DNA of 62,889 nt, counting the filler, from Welwitschia mirabilis (taxonomy: Eukaryota): assembly GCA_051453625.1 (NCBI GenBank). It is 4 parts of one record of this genome, joined end to end, with 100 filler letters (N's around TTAATTAATTAA, not from the genome) between each part and the next. Parts side by side here need not be neighbours in the genome. Positions count along the whole stretch, not along the records: positions 50,122 to 62,889 come from JBOZIK010000001.1; 3 more parts are not named here. The stretch is one strand, 5' to 3'. Below the pieces are notes generated by a model that saw only the letters and a list, made by a program, of their open reading frames with translations, was not told where the DNA came from and made no database searches. Position 1 is the stretch's first letter, and the number at the start of each line of letters is the position of its first letter. The translations under genes and the position numbers were made by a program. Of the stretch, positions 53,665-62,889 are shown piece by piece.

Positions 53665-54189
53665 NNNNNNNNNNNNNNNNNNNNNNNNNNNNNNNNNNNN
53701 NNNNNNNNNNNNNNNNNNNNNNNNNNNNNNNNNNNNNNNNNNNNNNNNNNNNNNNNNNNNNNNNNNNNNNNNNNNNNNNNNNNNNNNNNNNNNNNNNNNN
53801 NNNNNNNNNNNNNNNNNNNNNNNNNNNNNNNNNNNNNNNNNNNNNNNNNNNNNNNNNNNNNNNNNNNNNNNNNNNNNNNNNNNNNNNNNNNNNNNNNNNN
53901 NNNNNNNNNNNNNNNNNNNNNNNNNNNNNNNNNNNNNNNNNNNNNNNNNNNNNNNNNNNNNNNNNNNNNNNNNNNNNNNNNNNNNNNNNNNNNNNNNNNN
54001 NNNNNNNNNNNNNNNNNNNNNNNNNNNNNNNNNNNNNNNNNNNNNNNNNNNNNNNNNNNNNNNNNNNNNNNNNNNNNNNNNNNNNNNNNNNNNNNNNNNN
54101 NNNNNNNNNNNNNNNNNNNNNNNNNNNNNNNNNNNNNNNNNNNNNNNNNNNNNNNNNNNNNNNNNNNNNNNNNNNNNNNCCCCCCAGGA

Positions 54190-55228
54190 TTTATCTAGTT
54201 ATGGTATATTATTTCAGTTGTAATGTTAAAAATGTCATGGCTATAGAAGCATGGATGAATAAATGATAACATTCAAAAAAAAGTTTCACATCCTAATGGA
54301 TGACACATACCTTAATGCAATGGGTTGTTACAAGATCATCCTTATTTAATTATCCTAATAGTTATCAATGCTATTAGTTTATAAGTTAATCTTATTTGGG
54401 TAAAGAATTCACTTTTAAAGTTTAGTAAAAAATTACATGCTTTAATGCAGGCAAGGAAAGGAATAAGTAAAAGGTCTACTAAGGCACAATTTCAGAGGTC
54501 TCATTCCATAGCTGTTAATAGTTTCTAATTAGTAAAAAAAAAAAATATTCTCAAGGTAATTGCAAAAATGATAAGAAAGACTAAAAGAAATCTTTTAAGA
54601 TTAACAAAGTAGAGATATTCCTTCAATGATGGGGAGGCATCTACAAGTAGTTAAAAATTCATGAGACTCCCATATGGTTTAATTCCAAGGATGATTCTAA
54701 GGTAAAGCAATCACCCATACCTTCTAATATAGGTTATGAATTATGTAAAGTAGAGAATTTAGATACTTTAGAGTCCATACAAGATGAGTCACACTTTAAG
54801 GGAAAGTACTAGGCTTTATCACAAGCTCCCACATAGGCTCAAGGGGAGTAGCAAATAGACTCAGAGAGATCAAATTATGAGCCCCTTATCTTTTATAGTT
54901 CTTATCATAAGCTACCTATTTTCCATTTGACATAGCCACCTTCATTACCTAATGTACCTTCACCACCTTGTGTAGCATCACTACCTTGCCTTCCCTCATC
55001 ACTACCACTAGTTACATGTCTCATTCATGCATCATCTCTTAACACTACTTCATCCTTTGAATCTGGTTTTGCTAAGACTCTTATTGCCATTCTCTTTGGT
55101 ATATTTATTGATTCTCATATGTACTCTAGTATGAGGAGATCAACTTCTTAGGGTTATGATGATACATTGCACTAGCCATCACAATAATAGCATATGCCTT
55201 TACCAACATCATCTTCCACCTACATCAT
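54190..55228 (+). mobile_element. Sirevirus-like env/accessory ORF C-terminal remnant
   Basis: Similar to the reverse complement of 29100-29900 (CCTTATTTAATTA..AATGCTA, GCTCCCACATAGGCTCAAGGG, proline-rich CCACC tracts). Confidence 0.55.
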
Positions 55229-58200
55229 TATTATGCTATTAATTTATGGTTATTTGGTGGTTTTTTATGAGTTGTTTTGTAGGACATTTGCACAGGTTTA
55301 GATGCAATTCTGAGGATTTTGAAGAATCAATAAAAAATCTTAGAAATACATAATTCTTAACAATATTTGAGACATTCAAGTCACATTCTAATACTCATGA
55401 CTATGGAGGAAGATTACTAATGGAAAATGCTAACTTTTCTTCACTCAAATGATTTAAGAAGATCATTGTTCCCTATTACATCCACACAATAGGCATGGCA
55501 ATGACACCATTAAATGTTAACATGAACTATTGATTTGACTGCTTGAGACACTATTAAGTCATCTTTTATAAAGAGATATAATTCCCTATGTCATCTAGAT
55601 GACAATCACGATAACCACTATAACTAACTTTAATAGCTAACCTTAACTATTTTGTTTGTTTCTTATCTATAATAGAGCATATTTTGGAGTACCTTTTGTT
55701 ATGGTTTTCTATTGTATAACCCTAGAAATAAGACTTTCCTTCAACTCTCCTCTTGATCTTCATCACGCTAGGAATTCTAATGATAGGAAATTAAAGGGTG
55801 AAAGATCCATCTTAAGTGTTGTAGAAAGATGATTTCTTAGTAAAGGGTTGTGCATCCTCCATTGAGGCTAGGCTATTTTATAACCCAAATTTTTATTTAC
55901 TTCTAATATAAAACTCTTTTTTTCATTTATTTATGTTATTTTCTTAGATGTTCTTTATGGTTTATGTTGTCCTTGATCTGATGATAATTTCATTGGTGAT
56001 ATAGATCATTAATGGTAGCCTTTGTTAAGGCTAAAAATCAAGTAGTTATTCATTTTGCATTACATTTAGATTAGGTTACATTTGCATTATCATTACATCT
56101 TTATTGTTTACATTGTTCTTTAAGTTCAGTTACTATTTTCTTATGCCAATCAATTCTTATCCTCCTCTCAGAAGTCTTCAACAAGATCCGACATTCAAGT
56201 TCACTATCAACTATACTAGTGTATTGTAATATGTAATATGTCTATTTATTTTATGAATGATAAGATCTCTTTGAGTATAAATATTTGCATAAATACATAC
56301 CATAACAAATTAACATCATTATCAAGGAAGGATACTAAGGAGCATGAGGATTATCATCATTTAGATAAGTGATTCAGATTTCTATTTGGTTATTTATCCA
56401 TAATGACGTTGTATTTTTATTAGAAGCCATAGGTTTTTTGTTTACAATCTTTTTTTTTTTAGTTGCAGTAGGGAAATAATAGTCATCTACTCTATCATCC
56501 CTAAGATAATCAGGATGATAAGTTTTTATTTTAGTTTTCATTTTTATTTTTTTATTTTTAAATTTTGGTTTTCTCTAATAAAGTCAGTCTCTATCATTTC
56601 CTTTTTCATTTGGATGACTAGGAGAATGATAGCCCATGTTTTTTTTTTAGTTTCTGACTTTTTACTTTATTAAGTTTCTATTTTGTACTATGATTGTTAA
56701 GATGATAGTCTTTTATTTTTAATCTTATTTTTTTCCCTTTGCAGGATGCTATGGTATGGTCAACCTAGAAAAGAGATATTAGAGAAAAAGGCTAATGAAA
56801 GAAAATAACATTAGTGAAGGAATAGGAAACGTAGAAATCAAATTGAAAATGCAATCTCTAAGTGCATACAATCCTCCTTCTAAGTTTATTTTTTTTGAAT
56901 TAGACCTCATTAAAGAAAATCTTGTAGAAGGAGAAAATTAGTGTACAATACTGAATGTTATCCAAAAGAAAAATAAGTTCTAGGATTTTCTACTTATAAT
57001 CCCAATGTAGACCTTACCTTGAGAGAATTATTAATGAATAAGAAACAAGAGATTTAAACCCCTTTTGACTTCTCCTAGGAGATTATGTTGGACTAAATAA
57101 CTTAAATGCCTACCCAATCTTTAGTGAAGAAGATAATGAGAATCCCCTTCAACATATTATAGATATAGAACAATTAATTCTTACCTAAGGTAATAGAAAG
57201 AAAAAATTAATGATATAACATATATTATAATATTTTTTATGACATTAAAAGGAAGAGCTAAACTTTGGCTAAAAACCATATTCCACAAAAGTTTAAAATC
57301 TTAGGATTAAATTCAAGAAACTTTTATTAAAAGATTCATAAGTGAAGAAACTTTTAGAAAAAGGAAAAAGAAAGTAACAAACTTTTAATTAAAATCAAAT
57401 GAGAATTATGCTTTCACATATGAACATCTCTTTATAGNNNNNNNNNNNNNNNNNNNNNNNNNNNNNNNNNNNNNNNNNNNNNNNNNNNNNNNNNNNNNNN
57501 NNNNNNNNNNNNNNNNNNNNNNNNNNNNNNNNNNNNNTACCTTTATCAAAAAATTTATGAGTGAAGAAACTATTAAAAAAAGGAAAAATCAAGTAATAAA
57601 CTTTCAACAAAAATAAAATGAGTATTACGCTTTTACATATAAACATTTCTTTGTAGTAACCCACTCTAATCCAATAGATGTTTTTTTGCGAGAAGAATTA
57701 GTTAACTACTTTTATAGTGGACTAAATCCCCATACAAAACAACTTGTAGGCTTCTCTTATGATGGAAACCTTATAAATCTTACATTATAAAATAACTAGA
57801 CAAAACTAGAAGAACTTGTGGATGTTAGTTAAACTTGACCAACATTTGAATAAAATCATACTATAGGACAACTCATCAAAGATTTAAAAGAGGTTAAACA
57901 AGAAAAGGAGGTAGATTATAACCCTTTAAATCTAATGAGATACTTTACAATAATTCTAAAGAAATATATAAAAATGATTTTAGATGCTAAATTAACAACT
58001 GAAAGAAATGTCATGCCAACTTATACTTATGTGAGGACAATTGACACATAACTAAAATTTGTCTTATATTACTAACATACAAAGAGAAAATATGTGAAGA
58101 ATTTTGTACCTTCAATCAAACATATCAAGACTTATAAAATCAAAATCAGGCAAAACCTAGGTTGAATACCCATTTTCAAAATAACTCTCAATCTTTTAGA

Positions 58201-60620
58201 AACTGAGTTGAAAATTTAGACTTTCAATCAAATTTATCCAAGTTTTAGCATTCTAATGATCCATTCTCAAAATTTTTGAATTAAATTAGAAAATCACATG
58301 AAATAGCAAATGTCAAACTTGATAACTTGGTAAATGTCCTTCAACAAACCATTTTAGCAAACTAAAGACCATAAGGCTCATTGGTAATGCTACCTTTACT
58401 AAATTGTAATAAAATAAGAAAAGACTATAGGGTTGTAACAAGAAGTGCATAAGAATCAAGCCCTCTTCCTTGTGAATCATCTACCTTCCTAAATAACATT
58501 TAATATGATGAGGAAAAAAAAGAAAGACATTGAAATATTAGAAGATTATAACTTCTCTTTCATTGGTAAAAATAAAAATAAAAATTCTTTACAAAAGTAA
58601 TTAGCTACCCCTTGGCTTAATAGGCTTAACAATAATTCAACTTTCAATGAACATCTCAAAGCCTTAATAAAAAAATGTAAGCATAAACTTATCCTTTTGG
58701 AAAATTTTACAACAAAATCTAGGGTACTCAAAGTTATAGAAAGATTTGACAAGAAGAAAACAAAAATGAATTATTCTTAGCAAAGTCTTTCTAGCACAAT
58801 CCCTCACAAATTTAGTGTTATAAAAATTTCTCAAGTTTAAAGATCTAGAGGTAGTAATGATAAATATTACTTTAGAGGGAAACAAAAATATTAATAAAGA
58901 TTTAATTGACATTGGAGAAAGTGTTAATATCATACCACTTCACATTTACAAGAGACTTGGTTTAGAGAGTAGAATAGAGGCTATTTAAATTCTCTTAGAG
59001 TTAGTAGCACTTTGATTAAGAAACTCTTATGGGTCATTAAAGCTTTAGTGATTTAAATTAAAGAGGCCTACTATTCAATAGATGTAATTATCATAGAAGT
59101 TGAACATAATAGAGGATACCCATTACTTCTAAGATGATCCTTCTATGTAATAGCTCAAGGCATTATTGACACAAGGACTAGAATGATGAAGTATTACCTA
59201 GGAAATAAAAAATTTATGACTAGAGTTTTTGATGCTACTGAAAAAGATCTAGGTGATGATGAAATAAACTTATAAGATAATATTAAACCAACTTTATTTC
59301 TTTAACATCATTCCCTTAAAGAAAGAGAGTTGACTTTACATGAGCTTGTACTTTATGATAACCCACTTGAGCTTAAAAATTTAAAAACCATTAACACATT
59401 TAACTTTGAGCATAAATTTTTAAATCAAAAATAAATGAAACCTTTAGATTATAAGGAAGTCCAAGTATTAAATGAGAACTTATACCTTGATAAAGATTGT
59501 CTACTACATGAGCCAGAAATTGAAAATTATAATTTAAATTTGAAAAATCTTCCTAATGGACTTAAGCATATTTTTATTTATAATGATCAAAACAAAAATC
59601 TTATAATCAATGAAAACCTTTTATTATAGTTAACACTAATCTCCCCTTTAACTTCCAAAATTTGTTCTTTCATGAGGTCTCATAAAGTTTTATCTATTAT
59701 CCCTCTCTTCCTTTAATTAATTTTACTTGAAAACAATGATATACTTTTATGTTTTATTAATTAGTAAACATCTAGCTTGGATATTATTTCTGTGAAAAAA
59801 TGTAACATCTTAAGACTATCTAAATAGATCCCTCCTTCTTTCTTTCCTTTCAGTAGCATTGAATAGACTTTATGATTTAAATAAGATTTTCTTGTAGTTT
59901 GCTTTAGTATTTCCTTTTTACTCTTATGTTTTATGATTTTTACTTTGATTTTATTTTCAACTTTCCATTTTAGTTTTTTGTATATATTGTCTCTTCTGTC
60001 ATCCCCATGATAATTAGAATGATAGTCTTCATTTTAATTTTCTACTTTTAATTTTCTATTTAGATTTATACTTTTTGTTTTTGCTTTATATCTTTGTCAT
60101 CCTCTTTATTGTTTGGATGATAATAAGAATGACTATTACTTATTAATTATTTTGGTTTTTTATTATTTTGATAAAATACATTTTGATTGCTCTATTGAGA
60201 TTTTTGACTCAATCACTTAAGAATTTTAAAAAGTTAATGAACAAAAATTGGAATTATTCAAGTAAATCGTTTGAATTTTTTCTTATATTTTTCCTTTGAA
60301 GGCCATTATGACACTACTTGATCATCTTTTAAACATGGCTTATGTATTTATTTTCATGACTAGGATTTGACTTGGGCATTTTATAGTGATACGATTAGAT
60401 TCACATAATCTTAATACCTTCACATATCTATAAACTTCAATTTGAAGGAAGATGCTTTATTTTTGTGTTTTTCTTAATGATGAAAGTATCTTAGAGTATT
60501 TAAAGGTATTCTTTTCTGTCTTCATCTTATGACTTTAGCTTTATCTTTTGGCATGTTTGGTTATGTGAAATGTTTTTTATTATTATTTAGAAAAAAAGTA
60601 AAAGGTTTGAAATAAGGACA
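55229..60620 (+). mobile_element. Athila-family element: 5' LTR (55229-56307), gag and protease, no RT, then non-coding internal region
   Basis: LTR ends TTGCATAAATACATACCATAACA. Gag ~56750-58500; protease DIGESVNII ~58908; pre-RT motif LKNLPNGLKHIFI ~59540, then non-coding sequence. Confidence 0.78.
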
Positions 60621-60749
60621 TGATGTTTTATATTCAAGGTATCTCAAGAACATGCTCACCATTATGTCATACTACAAGTACACTATAGTAAATATTTCTA
60701 AAAGGATCCTTTGGAAGTATAATATGATAGTTATGGGAATTCCATTAGA

Positions 60750-62023
60750 ATGTTAGTTGGTCATGCTTTGTGAATCCTTACTATTAGATTATATTTGCCA
60801 ATTGATATCAAACTAATTCCTCTAGTGTAGTGAAAATTTGTTAGGTATTGTGTGTAGAGGAGTTTGATTTATGCAGGTGAAATATGTGGATCAAAATGCA
60901 TGAAAGAAACTTCTTAGTTATGTTTACCTCTAATGGGGTCGACCGAATCCTATAGGGGTCGACTGCACTTGAAGCAAATAATAGAAGTGAACTAAACTCA
61001 GAAGTATCAACTGGATTATAAAGGAGTCAATCAGATCTGTGATCTCAAGAACCAACAGTTCAAGATTGAGAGGAATGGGGTCAACTGGATATTTATGAGG
61101 TTAACCAAATTTGAGAAGCTAACAATCAAGTCCTATACTGAAAGGAAAGGGATTAAATGGATTTCATGGAATTGATCAAACCTGAGAAGCTGATAAGTTC
61201 ATAGTTCTAGACCGAGAAATAAGGGATAGATCAAACTTAGAATAGGATCGACCAAGTTCCTATGGGATTGACCAGATATTTATGGGGTCGATCGGATGGT
61301 ATAGAAAAGTAAATCTTATAGACATTATGTATCCATAACCTAGTCATTACCTAGCCGTTTTCTAACTATTTATAGCTGTTGGAGGTGTAATTTAATTGTA
61401 TCAAATCCTAGTAACCCTCATTATAAATACTAGACAAGAGATGACTTATAGATCTTTTGGTACATTTTCAAATTAGTATATTCATTGTAAATCTGAAATA
61501 TCAAGTAGCATATTGCATTGAAATATCTTTTGTACAGATTCATATATGATTAAGGAGATCTATTCTTGGATTAGAACATCATTCAAAATTAGATCTAAGG
61601 GCCTCATCACTGTATTCATTTGAAGAAGAGATCCATTCTATGTACTGATACTGAACAAGTAATATCAGAGCTATAAAGACTTTATTACATCATTTCTATT
61701 TGTCTTTAAAGATTGAGACTTAGCCAAAAAAAGTCTGTTGTTAAAGGTTAAGACTTAGCCTACAAAAGTTTATTGTTAAGGTTGAGACTTAGCCTATAAA
61801 AGTACACTTGTAAGGGTTAACAGGTGATCCTGGTAAAACCTATGAAGTAACAGATATCTGAGATCAAGCTTAGGAGAAGCTGATCATCGAGAGTGGAGTA
61901 GGGGAGTTCCCAAACCACTATAAATATTACGTGCATCTAAACTGGTAGTTTCTGTTTTATGATTTATATTCTGTTTTTATTTATTCCTTGTATGCATGAT
62001 CTTGTTTTTATTACTTGGTTATA
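60750..62023 (+). repeat. Probable Sirevirus-like LTR
   Basis: Starts TGTTAGTTGG. Repeated palindromic GGTCGACC/GATCGACC motifs at 60935-61300, TATAAATA at ~61422, ~32 bp GAGACTTAGCC tandem repeats at 61715-61800, and a GGAGTAGG..AACCACTATAAAT motif. Confidence 0.55.
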
Positions 62024-62889
62024 NNNNNNNNNNNNNNNNNNNNNNNNNNNNNNNNNNNNNNNNNNNNNNNNNNNNNNNNNNNNNNNNNNNNNNNNNNNNN
62101 NNNNNNNNNNNNNNNNNNNNNNNNNNNNNNNNNNNNNNNNNNNNNNNNNNNNNNNNNNNNNNNNNNNNNNNNNNNNNNNNNNNNNNNNNNNNNNNNNNNN
62201 NNNNNNNNNNNNNNNNNNNNNNNNNNNNNNNNNNNNNNNNNNNNNNNNNNNNNNNNNNNNNNNNNNNNNNNNNNNNNNNNNNNNNNNNNNNNNNNNNNNN
62301 NNNNNNNNNNNNNNNNNNNNNNNNNNNNNNNNNNNNNNNNNNNNNNNNNNNNNNNNNNNNNNNNNNNNNNNNNNNNNNNNNNNNNNNNNNNNNNNNNNNN
62401 NNNNNNNNNNNNNNNNNNNNNNNNNNNNNNNNNNNNNNNNNNNNNNNNNNNNNNNNNNNNNNNNNNNNNNNNNNNNNNNNNNNNNNNNNNNNNNNNNNNN
62501 NNNNNNNNNNNNNNNNNNNNNNNNNNNNNNNNNNNNNNNNNNNNNNNNNNNNNNNNNNNNNNNNNNNNNNNNNNNNNNNNNNNNNNNNNNNNNNNNNNNN
62601 NNNNNNNNNNNNNNNNNNNNNNNNNNNNNNNNNNNNNNNNNNNNNNNNNGTTCATTAGAAAAAAAGTGTAATAGTTTCTTAAAAAGTGTAACTATTCACT
62701 TCTTCCTATGGAAACGGTGACATATTATATCTTGAGTATAAAAGCTCTCCTCTATTCAATAGAGGAATGCACTCTCTAACTTGTTAAATTTGAGATTAAA
62801 TACTGAATGTTATACTTTCTCTTATCACATCTAGACAGTCTTCAAGTTTAGATTTATATTGTACTTACATCTATGTACTTTCTTAAGAA

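Noticed and set aside
53539..54198. Poly-Gly ORF and other long ORFs made of X
   Set aside because: Artefacts of a poly-G run and N gaps.
61715..61800. ~32 bp repeats resembling a CRISPR array
   Set aside because: Tandem repeats without unique spacers inside a plant LTR; no cas genes.
62650..62750. Possible Sirevirus LTR end (CTATTCACTTCTTCCT) and PBS-Met
   Set aside because: Too degenerate and separated from the LTR by a gap.

Overview
AT-rich, gappy plant nuclear scaffold. It has many N-gaps, three of them containing an artificial TTAATTAATTAA linker. Most of the window is nested, heavily C>T-decayed LTR retrotransposons. One Athila-like Ty3/gypsy family dominates, with ~1.2-1.3 kb LTRs, a degenerate TGGCGCCGTTGCCGGGGA-type PBS and a ...AAGTAGGGGGCTA PPT. 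It includes one full-length copy (1429-11135, minus strand, 4/5 TSD) that carries gag and protease but no RT/RH/INT, one degenerate gag-pol copy with RT, RNase H and integrase (about 19850-25468), and many LTR and internal fragments. Also present are two Sirevirus-like Ty1/copia remnants with env-like regions and one CACTA terminus. The only cellular gene is a single-ORF ATL-type RING-H2 E3 ligase (35876-36403, minus strand) in a CpG-retaining island; its second zinc-ligand Cys is changed to Tyr. Between the LTR elements lie A-rich, stop-riddled coding-like remnants. One of them reads in frame across the full-length element once that element is removed, and they may be ancient endogenous pararetrovirus or other unclassified sequence. 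I see no convincing novel functional system. The best leads are the RT-less gag-PR elements, the interrupted unknown ORF, a family-wide hairpin motif, and the decaying ATL gene. All homology calls are by eye, with no database searches.
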